The notes under the pieces were generated by a model that was not told where the DNA came from, ran no database searches, and saw only the letters and a program-made list of their open reading frames with translations. Shown here piece after piece: positions 27,936-37,087 of a DNA stretch of 64,000 nt; position 1 is the stretch's first letter, and every line of letters starts with the position of its first letter. This DNA comes from an uncultured Acidobacteriota bacterium. GTDB lineage: Bacteria; Acidobacteriota; Vicinamibacteria; Vicinamibacterales; CAVVIG01. The DNA lies in NCBI GenBank assembly GCA_963789965.1, contig CAWBMO010000007.1, positions 69,661 to 133,660 on the forward strand. Reading direction: 5' to 3'. Both the position numbers and the translations under genes were made by a program.

Positions 27936-29340
27936 ATGGTTGACACAGCCCGATCGACACCTCGCGCAATTCCCGTGATGGCCGCCGTCGCCGTAGCGAC
28001 CTTCGTGACGCTGGGTGTGCGCGCGCAGCAGCCGCCGCCAGCCCTTCCGGCCGCACCACAACAACCCAGCGAGATCACGACGACGATCACCGGCGAAGGC
28101 GGAGCGGCCCCGCGCCTGGCGGTTCCGGAATTCATCGCCTTGACGCGCGACGCGGAAACGCAGGCCATTGCCCGGGCGATTACCCAGGTGTTGTTCGACG
28201 ACCTGACATTCGAACGCGAGTTCGCCCTCGTGCCACGCGACATCTACGCCACGATCCCCGCCGCGACGACCCTCGCCGACGTGCCTTTCGATCGCTGGCG
28301 CGAGTTGAACGCCGACGGCCTCGTGATCGGCACAGTCCAGAAGCTGCCCACCGGGATCAGGATTGAAGTGCGCCTGTTCGACATGCGCAGCCGGCAACCG
28401 ATTCCCCCGTCTGCTTTTGGCAAGGAATACAGCGGATCCGCCGCGAACCCTCGCTTGTACGCCCACACGATGGCCGACGAGATGCACCAGTCGCAGCGCG
28501 CGCTGCGAGGCGTCGCGCGCACGAAGCTGGTGTTCGACTCCGATCGAGATGCCGAACGGATGACCGGAACGATCGAGAGCCGATCCGTCAAGGAGATCTA
28601 CATGGCGGATTACGACGGCGAGAATCAACGTCGTCTCACGGTCCAGAAGTCGCTGAACATTACGCCGACCTGGTCCCCCGACGCACGCTCGATTGCCTAC
28701 TCGTCATACCGCCGCGGGCAGCCGAACATCTTCATCTCGAACATCTATCAGGGGACGCTCGAGGAATTGACGAAGAGCGCCGGCAACAACTTCACACCGT
28801 CGTGGTCGCCCGACGGCACCCGGTTGTGCTTTGCCTCAACACGCGACGGCAACTCGGAGCTGTATGTCGTGAACCGCGACGGCTCGAACCTTCGTCGGCT
28901 GACGAACAATCCCGGGTAGCGACATCACCCCGACGTGGTCGCCGTCGGGAACGCAGATCGCGTTCACGTCCGACCGGACGGGCACGCCGCAGATCTACAT
29001 CGTCGGCGCCGACGGTGTGGGCCTGCAGAAGCTGACGTCCGAATCGTACGCCGATCGGGCGACGTGGTCGCCGGCGCCCTTCAACGAGATCGCGTACGCC
29101 GCGCGGACCGGGCCGGGCAACGACATCAAGGTCATGATCCTGGCGACACGCGAAGTGCGGCAGCTGACCTTTGGCGAAGGCACGAACGAGAGCCCGTCGT
29201 GGGCGCCCAACGGACGCCACCTGGCGTTCACGTCGACGCGCTCGGGCAAGACGCAGATCTTCACGATGGCACGCGACGGGAAGAACCTGAAACAGATCAC
29301 TCGAACCGGAAACAACTACCAGCCCGACTGGTCGAGATGA
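27936..29340 (+). pseudogene. tolB: TolB, interrupted by one +1 frameshift at the CCCGGG run (28911-28919); probably intact in vivo
   Basis: ORF 27936..28919 carries the signal peptide, the TolB N-domain and WD-like blades, and ends ..RLTNNPG*. The +1 frame continues seamlessly as SDITPTWSPSGTQIAFTSDRTG.. to 29340. Confidence 0.85.
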
Positions 29341-29419
29341 AGCCCGTCCGAAGTACGTGGCGTCCGGCTTTGGCTGGACCTGATGAGGTCCGACCGACAC
29401 ATCCGGGCAGGAGCAGACG

Positions 29420-29989
29420 ATGACGATTCGATCGGCGGTACTGATTTTCCTCGTGGTCGGTTTCGCCGCTGTCGGCTGCGGGAACAAGACACCGCCCGTG
29501 GCCAGGCCCGCGCCACCACCGCCCACAACCGCCACGGCGGCAGCGCGACCGCCGACGCCGCCACAGCCGGTCGCCGAACCGACGGTCGTACCGCCCGAGC
29601 CGGTACCGAGCGATGCCATTTCGTCGGCGTCGCTCGACGATCTCAACCGCAGCTCGCCGCTCAAACCGGTGTTCTTCGATTACGACAGCGCCGAGCTTGC
29701 AGCGATCGCGCAGGCGGCGCTGACTGAAAATGCCACGGTGCTCAAGGGATATCCCACCTGGACGGTCACCATCGAAGGACACTGCGACGAGCGCGGTACC
29801 GCTGAGTACAATCTAGCGTTAGGCGAACGGCGAGCGGTCGCCGCTCGCACCTATCTGGTCTCATTGGGTATTCCGGCCGACAGACTGAGGACCGTCAGTT
29901 ACGGCAAGGAATTTCCGTTCGATCCGGGACACGACGATGCCGCGTACGCCAAGAACCGGCGCGCGCATTTCGTCATCACAGCGAAGTGA
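29420..29989 (+). CDS. pal: Peptidoglycan-associated lipoprotein Pal (OmpA family)
   Basis: 189 aa. Lipobox (AAVGC), Pro-rich linker, OmpA-C motif ([24 protein letters not shown]). Confidence 0.9.
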   Translation: MTIRSAVLIFLVVGFAAVGCGNKTPPVARPAPPPPTTATAAARPPTPPQPVAEPTVVPPEPVPSDAISSASLDDLNRSSPLKPVFFDYDSAELAAIAQAALTENATVLKGYPTWTVTIEGHCDERGTAEYNLALGERRAVAARTYLVSLGIPADRLRTVSYGKEFPFDPGHDDAAYAKNRRAHFVITAK

Positions 29990-29996
29990 GAAACAT

Positions 29997-30890
29997 ATGA
30001 GCCTCGGCAAGACATCGAGCCTCGGCACCATCCGCGCCATTGGTGCCGTGTTCATCCTGTTCACCGTCACGTGTCGTGACGCCGGTCGCCGCGCAAAGCA
30101 AGGAACAGCGGCAGATGATGGCCGACCTTCGAATGCTGCAGGAGCAGAACCAGACGCTCCAGAACGTGCTCGGGTCGATCATCGAAGCGATCAAAGCGGT
30201 CAACGCGCGCATCGACGATCAGGCGCAAGGTCACGGGCAAGGCGATGGCCGACCAGAAGCTGGTCATCGACAATCTGACTATCAACGTCCGCGAAATCCG
30301 CGAGAAGCTCGACGACAACAACGTGCGGCTCGGATCGCTCAATCAGGAAGTCGAGGCGCTGCGCCAGGGTGTTCAACAGCTCAACGCCCGCCCGCCGGTG
30401 CCCGATGCCACCACATCAGAGGCCGGCACGACGCCTGGAACCGGCGAAGCCGCCGCGGCGCCGCCCGCCGTCGCCGCCACCGGCCATTGCCCTCGGCACT
30501 TCGCCGCAGAAGCTGTACGACGAAGCCATGGCCGACTACTACCTCGCCCAGTGGGATCTCGCCATCGCGGGGTTCGAGGCGGTCATCAAGTATTTCCCGA
30601 GATCGGAACGCGCGGCCGACGCGCAGGTCAACATCGGGCATTCGTACCTCCAGGCAGGCAAGAACGACAAAGCGGTCGAAGCGTACGAGGCCGCCATTCG
30701 CAATTATCCAGGCTCGCCCGGCCTGCCGGACGCGTACTACAAGAAAGGCGTCGCGCTCAGGGCCCTGAAACGACCTGACGAGGCGAGGGTCGCGTTCGAG
30801 TATGTTGTGAAGACGTATCCCGACAGCTCGTCAGCGGGCCTGGCGCGGCAGGGACTCGCGCAAGTTGGGCCGCCTGTCCGTCCGAACTAA
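29997..30890 (+). pseudogene. cpoB: CpoB/YbgF (Tol-Pal coordinator), split by three +1 frameshifts
   Basis: Frame 0 carries the signal peptide (MSLGKTSSLGTIRAIGAVFILFTVT). Frame +1 carries coiled coil (QSKEQRQMMADLRMLQEQ..). Frame +2 carries more coiled coil (ADQKLVIDNLTINVREIREKLDD..). The TPR domain is back in frame 0 (LYDEAMADYYLAQWDLAIAGF..). Shifts are near 30072, 30226 and 30450-30490. Confidence 0.75.
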
Positions 30891-30907
30891 GGTACAATCG
30901 CGCGCTC

Positions 30908-31355
30908 ATGGGAAGCGTCAACAAAGTGATTCTGGTCGGCAATCTCGGGCGCGATGCGGAACTTCGTTACACACCCGGCGGCGCCGCGGTCGCGACGATC
31001 AACATGGCGACGACCGAGGTCTGGAACGACAAGGCCGGTCAGCGTCAGGAAAAAACCGAGTGGCACCGCGTCGTGCTCTGGGGCAAGTCGGCTGAGTCGC
31101 TCACGGAATATCTGACCAAGGGGAAGCAGATCTACGTCGAAGGCCGCCTGCAGACGCGCCAGTGGGACGACAAAGACGGCAACAAACGGTACACGACCGA
31201 GATCCGGGGCGATCGAGATCGTGCTGCTCGGCGGCGGGGGCGGGGGCCGCGGGGCTTCAGCCGATCGCGGCGGAGACATGACGGGCGGGCACGCACCAGC
31301 CCCTTCGGCTCCTGAGTCGTCAGAGCCGTTGACTGACGACGACATTCCTTTCTGA
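30908..31355 (+). pseudogene. ssb: Single-stranded DNA-binding protein, one +1 frameshift in a GGGG run (~31205-31211)
   Basis: OB fold ([36 protein letters not shown]). The canonical Gly-rich tail ending DDDIPF* is in the +1 frame (stop at 31353-31355). Confidence 0.85.
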
Positions 31356-31435
31356 ATCGGGTAATTGGATAATCGGGTAATTGAGTAATCGGAAATTCAA
31401 TTACTCGATTACCCAATTACTCGATTACCCAATTC
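31354..31435. repeat. Tandem-octamer palindrome, family B
   Basis: The left arm is identical over 36 nt to the left arm at 57468. The loop is AAATTC. The right arm contains the cupin gene stop. Lies between the convergent ssb and cupin genes. Confidence 0.9.
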
Positions 31436-31794
31436 ACCGTCTTATCCTCCCGCCCGTATCTGTCCTCGAGTCGCACCACGTCATGAATCTCCGGCGTGGA
31501 CACCTCGAAGATGTCGCTGTCCGTGATCGCCGTCATCCGGTGAATCGTCTTCGGCGTGATGTGCACGCGCTCGCCGGGGTGCATTTCACGCTTGACGAGC
31601 TCCTTGCCCTCCTGAATTTCGAACAGCAGCAGGCCCGAGTGCAGGTAGATCGTCTCGTCCTTCAGGTTGTGATACTGGAGGCTGAGTGCGTGGCCGGCGT
31701 TGACGTGGATCAGTTTGCCGACGTATCGATCCGTTTTCGCCCAGTGCAGCTCGTAGCCCCACGGCTTCTCGACGCGCGTGACATCACCGTTCAA
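31417..31794 (-). CDS. Cupin domain protein
   Basis: 125 aa. KPWGYE..G..LSLQYH..K.ET.Y cupin motif 1, and P..IHR motif 2. The last residues and the stop lie in repeat B3. Confidence 0.7.
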   Translation of the reverse strand: MNGDVTRVEKPWGYELHWAKTDRYVGKLIHVNAGHALSLQYHNLKDETIYLHSGLLLFEIQEGKELVKREMHPGERVHITPKTIHRMTAITDSDIFEVSTPEIHDVVRLEDRYGREDKTVNWVIE

Positions 31795-31838
31795 GGCATG
31801 CTCCTGGCCCGGCCGAGCGCGGAGGCGGACGCCGGACG

Positions 31839-33608
31839 CTATTCATGAATCGAAGACAGGCGGCCGAAGGCGGCCATCAGCTCGCGGCTAATCTCCTCGA
31901 CGGTCGCCAGCTTCAAGATCCGGCGGGCCAGGGCCCGCAGGTCGTCGGAGCGGACCTCCGCCAACACCTGTTTGGCTGTCGGAATCGCCGCCGGCGTCAT
32001 GCTGAACTCGGTGAGCCCGAGGCCGACGAGCAGCGTCAGCAGCGCCGGATCCGACGCCATCTCGCCGCAGAGGGACACCGGGATCCGGTGACGCACCGCC
32101 GCGCGGCGCACCATCAGGATCACCCGCAGAATCGCCGGATGCAACGGTTCGTACAGCCGCGACACGCGCTCGTCCGCCCGGTCGACCGCGAGGCAGTACT
32201 GAATCAGGTCGTTGGTACCGATCGTGAAAAAGTCGACCTCGCGCGCCAGCAGATCCGCAGTGTACGCGGCCGCCGGAATCTCAATCACGACGCCAATCGG
32301 CACGGGCGGCACCGCTTCGCCGCGCCGCGCCAGCTCCGCCGCCGCTTCTTTCACCATCCGCCGGGCCTCGCGCAACTGCTCGACGCTCGACACGAACGGA
32401 AACATGATCCGCAGCTGGCCCTGGGGGGAGTGTCGCGCGGCGCGCAGCAGCGCGCGCAGCTGCACCTGAAAGGGTTCCGGCCGCGTCAGGCTCAGCCGAA
32501 GCCCGCGCAGCCCCTGGCGGCTGGCCCGTTCCTGTTCGGCGACCCAGCCGCCTGCGCGCGAGTGCTCGGTCAGCCGTGACGCCAGCTGATCCTCGTCGAC
32601 GTCGAAGGTTCGCACGGTCACCGGCTCAGGGGCCATGCCTTCGAGCATGCCGCGGTAGATCTCGTACTGTTCGTCCTCGCCAATCGCGACGCCGGAAGGG
32701 CCGGTGAGGAGGAACTCGGACCGAAACAGACCGATGCCTTCCGCACCGGCGTAGCGGGCGGCGGCCAGATCGTTGGGAAACTCGATGTTGGCTTCCAAGC
32801 GAATGTGGACACCGTCGGCGGTCGTGCCGGGACGACGCCGCTCGGCGTCGCCGCCGACCGACGGACGCTCTTCGCCGCGCGCGGCGCGCGCGAGCTCGTC
32901 AGGGGTCGGATCGACGAACACGGCGCCGGCCGTGCCGTCGATCACCACCAGCTGACCAGCCTGGACCAGGTCGCTCGCGTTGTGCAGTCCGACCACGGCG
33001 GGCACCTCCAGCGAGCGCGCCAGGATCGCGGTGTGCGACGTCCGGCTGCCGGCATCGGTCGCGAAGCCGCGGACCTTGGTCCAGTCCACCTGCGCCGCCA
33101 GGGACGGCGTGAGCTCATCGGCAATGATCACCGACGACTCGTCCAGCTCGCGCAGCAGCTCCCGCGGGGTCGCCACGCCCTGCTGCAGGTTCATCTTGAG
33201 CCGGCCGGCGAGATCCGAGACATCGCCCCTCCGTTCGCGCAGGTACGGATCCGCGACCTCGTCGAACACCGAGCTGAACTCGTGGAAGACCTGTTGAACG
33301 GCCCACTCGGCGTTCACACGCTGCTCCCGGACGATGTCGGCGACACGGGACACGAGCATCGGGTCGTCGAGCATCAACAACTGGGCGTCGAACAGCGACG
33401 CCAGCTCCGGGCGCCGGAGCGCGACGCGCGCGCGGATGTCGAACAGCTGCTGCCGCGATCGCTCGCGGCTCTTCTCGAGCCGTGCCAGCTCGGCCGCCAG
33501 GCGCGTCTCCCCGATCTGATAACGGAGCACCTGAGCGCGCTGGATCAGGATCACCGCCCGGCCGGACACCACGCCGGGAGACACGCCGATGCCAGTCAGG
33601 CGCTTCAT
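31839..33608 (-). CDS. ptsI: Phosphoenolpyruvate-protein phosphotransferase (PTS Enzyme I)
   Basis: 589 aa. Phosphohistidine region (GSRTSHTAILARSLEVPAVVG), PEP-utilising C-terminal domain (FFTIGTNDLIQY, CGEMASDP). Confidence 0.9.
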   Translation of the reverse strand: MKRLTGIGVSPGVVSGRAVILIQRAQVLRYQIGETRLAAELARLEKSRERSRQQLFDIRARVALRRPELASLFDAQLLMLDDPMLVSRVADIVREQRVNAEWAVQQVFHEFSSVFDEVADPYLRERRGDVSDLAGRLKMNLQQGVATPRELLRELDESSVIIADELTPSLAAQVDWTKVRGFATDAGSRTSHTAILARSLEVPAVVGLHNASDLVQAGQLVVIDGTAGAVFVDPTPDELARAARGEERPSVGGDAERRRPGTTADGVHIRLEANIEFPNDLAAARYAGAEGIGLFRSEFLLTGPSGVAIGEDEQYEIYRGMLEGMAPEPVTVRTFDVDEDQLASRLTEHSRAGGWVAEQERASRQGLRGLRLSLTRPEPFQVQLRALLRAARHSPQGQLRIMFPFVSSVEQLREARRMVKEAAAELARRGEAVPPVPIGVVIEIPAAAYTADLLAREVDFFTIGTNDLIQYCLAVDRADERVSRLYEPLHPAILRVILMVRRAAVRHRIPVSLCGEMASDPALLTLLVGLGLTEFSMTPAAIPTAKQVLAEVRSDDLRALARRILKLATVEEISRELMAAFGRLSSIHE

Positions 33609-33961
33609 TTTCTTATGCTCCCGGGGCCATAACCCGGGTCGCTGGCGCTCGGGGTCCCGCTCGGGCCTTCGCCCTGCGCGCCGGCCGCAGGCGCTTCATC
33701 CTCGCCAAAGCCTGACGCGACCAGGGCGCTCAGCGCCTCGAGCGCATCGTGCTCGTCCAAACCGTCTGCGCTGATCGTGATCGTCGTGCCACGTGCTGCC
33801 GCGAGCAGGAGAATGCCCATGATGCTCTTCCCGTCCATTTCCCGGGCGTCCCGCGCCACGCGGACATGCGCATGGTACCGGGTCGCAAGGTGGACGAACT
33901 TCGCGGCCGCCCGGGCGTGCATGCCTAATTGGTTCACGACGACCACATTTCGGGACACCAT
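33605..33961 (-). CDS. ptsH: Phosphocarrier protein HPr with ~30-aa C-terminal extension
   Basis: NQLGMHARAAAKF (His15 region) and GKSIMGILLLAA (Ser46 region). ATG 33961 preferred. 4-nt overlap with ptsI. Confidence 0.85.
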   Translation of the reverse strand: MVSRNVVVVNQLGMHARAAAKFVHLATRYHAHVRVARDAREMDGKSIMGILLLAAARGTTITISADGLDEHDALEALSALVASGFGEDEAPAAGAQGEGPSGTPSASDPGYGPGSIRK

Positions 33962-34045
33962 AAAACCAGACACAACGATCAACGCAGAGACCGCTGAGCA
34001 CGCAGAGAATGCATGGCTCTGCGTGTTCTGCGTTGAATGTCGTGT

Positions 34046-34453
34046 CTACACTTTCTCCCCTCTCAGCAAGTCCGATGCGACCCAGATCGCGTTCCTCCCA
34101 TCGTCTCGCATCTGGCGCGCCACCGCCAGCAGGTCCTGCGACTCCGGAAGCGCGGCCAGCTTGATCAGCATCGGGAGATTGACGCCGGTAATGACCTCGA
34201 TGCGGTCCTTTTCGAGAAAGGTCATGCCCAGATTCGACGGTGTGCCGCCAAACATGTCGGTCAGGAGCAGCACACCCTCTTCGCCGCGCACGCGCTCGAT
34301 GGCCTGGACGATCTCCTCCCGGGCATCATTGACATCGTCGTGCCAGCCGATCGAGACGGCCGTGAACTGCGGCAGATCGCCGACGATCATCTCGGCGGCA
34401 TTGACGAGCTCGATCGCGAGCTGGCCGTGTGTGACGACAACGACGCCAATCAC
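34046..34453 (-). CDS. PTS EIIA component, mannose/fructose family
   Basis: 135 aa. IGVVVVTHGQLA..LTDMFGGTPSN pattern of EIIA(Man). GTG start at 34453. Confidence 0.8.
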   Translation of the reverse strand: MIGVVVVTHGQLAIELVNAAEMIVGDLPQFTAVSIGWHDDVNDAREEIVQAIERVRGEEGVLLLTDMFGGTPSNLGMTFLEKDRIEVITGVNLPMLIKLAALPESQDLLAVARQMRDDGRNAIWVASDLLRGEKV

Positions 34454-34456
34454 GCG

Positions 34457-34492
34457 TTCCCGCCTTTCCCGCCCATCCAGCCCGTCCCGCCC
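34457..34492 (-). repeat. G-tract array (GGGCGGG-type), potential G-quadruplex on the coding (minus) strand
   Basis: Minus strand reads AAGGGCGGGACGGGCTGGATGGGCGGGAAAGGCGGGAA. It fills the whole rapZ-EIIA spacer, including the RBS position. Confidence 0.7.
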
Positions 34493-35482
34493 TTATGCAC
34501 GGGCGATATCCCGATGCCGCACCCGCACGCGCGCGCCGGCCATGTCCGACAGGGCGCGCCGCAGCCGCTCCGCGATCATGACGGAGCGATGGCGGCCGCC
34601 CGTGCAGCCAATGGTGATGGTGAGGTAGCTCTTTCCCTCTGCGACATAAAACGGCACGACGTAGCGAACGTACTCTTCGAGCCGATCCATGAACTCGCGG
34701 GTCGTCGCCTCTTTCTCCATGAACTTGACGACTGCACGGTCCCGTCCGGTGCGCGGTCGGAGCGCCGGCACGAAGTGTGGATTCGGCAGACACCGCACGT
34801 CAAACATCAGATCGGCGTCGACGGGAACTCCGTGCTTGAAGCCAAAGCTGAGCAGCGTGACGACGAGCCCGTTCCGCGATCGGTCCCGGGACAGCCCCAT
34901 GAAGAATTGCCGCAGCTCGTGCACCGTCATGTCGGACGTGTCGATGATTTCGTCCGCTATCCCTCGAATGACATTCAACCGCGACCGTTCGTCGCGGATC
35001 GCTTCGCTCGCCGACCGGCCCTGCGCAAGCGGATGGGGCCGCCGCGTCTCACTGAAGCGCCGCACGAGCGCCGTGTGGCTGGCCTCGAGAAAAATCAACA
35101 TGGGGTTGAGCCGCGGCATCTTCCGCAGCCTTCCGAAGACTTCCGGAAACGAGGACAGGAAGTTGCCTTCGCGAACGTCGACGACAATCGCGACCTTTTC
35201 AATGTCGCGGCCACCACGCAGTGACAACTTCGCCAGTGTGGGAATCAGGGTCGTCGGCAGGTTGTCGACGCAAAAGTAGCCCAGATCCTCAAGCGCCCGA
35301 ATCGCCTGCGACTTGCCGGACCCGGACAATCCCGTGAGCACGATGAAGGGCTGACCTGCGTTCTTCCGTCGCTCGCCCGCCGGCAGGTCCAAGCCCGCCC
35401 GACCCGCCCGACCCGCCCTGCCTGCCCCACTGGCCCTACCGGCCCCTCGCGCCTTTCCGACCCGACGTATCTTGCCCGTCAA
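34493..35482 (-). CDS. rapZ: RNase adapter protein RapZ (P-loop ATPase)
   Basis: Walker A (LTGLSGSGKSQA), C-terminal CTGGRHRSV motif. The annotated 5' ~90 nt is G-tract repeat (GAGRAGRAGRAG). TTG 35392 is an alternative start. Confidence 0.85.
   Translation of the reverse strand: MTGKIRRVGKARGAGRASGAGRAGRAGRAGLDLPAGERRKNAGQPFIVLTGLSGSGKSQAIRALEDLGYFCVDNLPTTLIPTLAKLSLRGGRDIEKVAIVVDVREGNFLSSFPEVFGRLRKMPRLNPMLIFLEASHTALVRRFSETRRPHPLAQGRSASEAIRDERSRLNVIRGIADEIIDTSDMTVHELRQFFMGLSRDRSRNGLVVTLLSFGFKHGVPVDADLMFDVRCLPNPHFVPALRPRTGRDRAVVKFMEKEATTREFMDRLEEYVRYVVPFYVAEGKSYLTITIGCTGGRHRSVMIAERLRRALSDMAGARVRVRHRDIARA
35393..35450 (-). repeat. G-tract array (GGGCGGGTC)n, potential G-quadruplex on the coding (minus) strand
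   Basis: Minus strand reads GGGGCCGGTAGGGCCAGTGGGGCAGGCAGGGCGGGTCGGGCGGGTCGGGCGGGC, at the hprK/rapZ junction. Confidence 0.7.
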
Positions 35483-36480
35483 CGCGGTCCTCCGGGCTCG
35501 ACTTCTTCGTCTTCTTCATCGTCAGACGGCAGCGCGGAGTCGCGGAGGGTCTGCTCCAGGCGCTCCGCGAGCGCCCGCGCCGCGTGATGGCCACGCGCCC
35601 GCAGCAGCTGATTGCGGGCGGCCACTTCGACGAGAATCGCCACGCTTCGACCTGGCGCGACCGGCATGCGAATGAGCGGGACCTTCAAGCCGAGGATTTC
35701 GTAGAACTCGTCATCGAGCCCCAATCGCTCGTACTCGCGGCCCGGCTCCCAGCGTTCGAGCTGCACGACGAGTTCGACCCGCTTGGACAATCGGGTCGAG
35801 GCGATCCCGAACAGGTCTTTGACATTAATCACACCCAGGCCACGCAGCTCCATGTGATGGCGCGTCAACTCGGGACAGGTGCCGATCAGAATCGTTTCGG
35901 AGCGGCGACGGATTTCGACGGTGTCGTCGGCCACGAGCCGGTGGGTGCGCACGATGAGATCGAGCGCGCACTCGCTCTTGCCGATGCCGCTCTCTCCCAC
36001 AATCAGGACGCCGAGGCCGAGGATGTCCATCAGCACGGCGTGCATCATCGTCCGCTCGGCGAGGGAGTCTTCGAGAATCGACGTCAGCTTGGCGATCGCC
36101 GTCGGCGTCGACACGGGTGTCTTGAGCAGTGGGAGCTTGGCCCGCTCGGCCTCCACGAGGAGCTCCGCCGGGGGCTGGAATCCGCCGGTGATGACGAGGC
36201 ATGGAACGTCGAGCGTCAACGCGAGCCGCAACGCAGTGGAACGCGCCGCCGTCCCGAGGCTTTCGAGGTACCGGATTTCGCTTTCGCCGAAGATCAGCAC
36301 GCGTCCGGCTTTGAGGTATTCGTGAAAGCCGGCCAGCGCCAACCCGGTCTTCTGGATATGCGGGCTCGTGATGACGCGAATCAAGCCGTCGACGCCGGCC
36401 AGCAGCTCGAGCGGCAGACCGAAGGTCTCCGTCCGACTGCGCAGCAGCACACCGACGCTCACTCCGGGAATCGGGGCCAT
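35479..36480 (-). CDS. hprK: HPr kinase/phosphorylase
   Basis: 333 aa. P-loop (GESGIGKSECALDL) and LVADD..E signature. Confidence 0.9.
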   Translation of the reverse strand: MAPIPGVSVGVLLRSRTETFGLPLELLAGVDGLIRVITSPHIQKTGLALAGFHEYLKAGRVLIFGESEIRYLESLGTAARSTALRLALTLDVPCLVITGGFQPPAELLVEAERAKLPLLKTPVSTPTAIAKLTSILEDSLAERTMMHAVLMDILGLGVLIVGESGIGKSECALDLIVRTHRLVADDTVEIRRRSETILIGTCPELTRHHMELRGLGVINVKDLFGIASTRLSKRVELVVQLERWEPGREYERLGLDDEFYEILGLKVPLIRMPVAPGRSVAILVEVAARNQLLRARGHHAARALAERLEQTLRDSALPSDDEEDEEVEPGGPR

Positions 36481-36514
36481 TCTAGAGCGGTTCGAAAGGT
36501 CCTAACGGTTCGAA

Positions 36515-37087
36515 CTATAGTTCGATTTCGACCAATGTGAGCTCGCCGTTCACGCGGCGGTACAAGACGTTGATCAGGGCCGACTCGGCATCGAGGAAGA
36601 CGACGATGCCCTCGCGAGCGCCATCCAGCGCGCGTGCGGCGTCGGCTACCGACATCACCTTGATGGCCTGCCGCGAGGCGCGGAGGGTACGAGGCATCCG
36701 CGGTCGGATGCGCGTGGGCGCCACCGGTACGTCGGTCGCGACCGGCTGCGGCTCGAACGCCGCGAACCCCGCGCCCTTGACGCCGCGTCGCTTACGCTCC
36801 TGCCGCTTCCCCTTGAGCTTCTGCGCCTGATGGGCGAGCTTTTCGGTCGCGTCCGTCAGCGACGTCTCCCAGGTTCCGGCATCGCCCACCGCGTGCAGGA
36901 ACTGCTCGCCGCGCGCATGAACCGTGATCTCGGTCAAGTGCCGGTGTCTCTCGCGCGCCAGCACCACCTGCGCCGACACGGCGCTGTCGTTGAGCACGCG
37001 TTCGAGCTTCCCCACTCGAGTGGTCACGAGCCGGCGCAGCGCTGGCGTGACGTCGAGGTGACGGCCGGTCAGATTGAGTCGCATCAA
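36515..37087 (-). CDS. hpf: Ribosome hibernation promoting factor (long form)
   Basis: 190 aa. N-terminal LNLTGRHLDVTPALR..KLE S30AE fold, plus a C-terminal dimerisation domain. Directly downstream of rpoN. Confidence 0.85.
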   Translation of the reverse strand: MMRLNLTGRHLDVTPALRRLVTTRVGKLERVLNDSAVSAQVVLARERHRHLTEITVHARGEQFLHAVGDAGTWETSLTDATEKLAHQAQKLKGKRQERKRRGVKGAGFAAFEPQPVATDVPVAPTRIRPRMPRTLRASRQAIKVMSVADAARALDGAREGIVVFLDAESALINVLYRRVNGELTLVEIEL

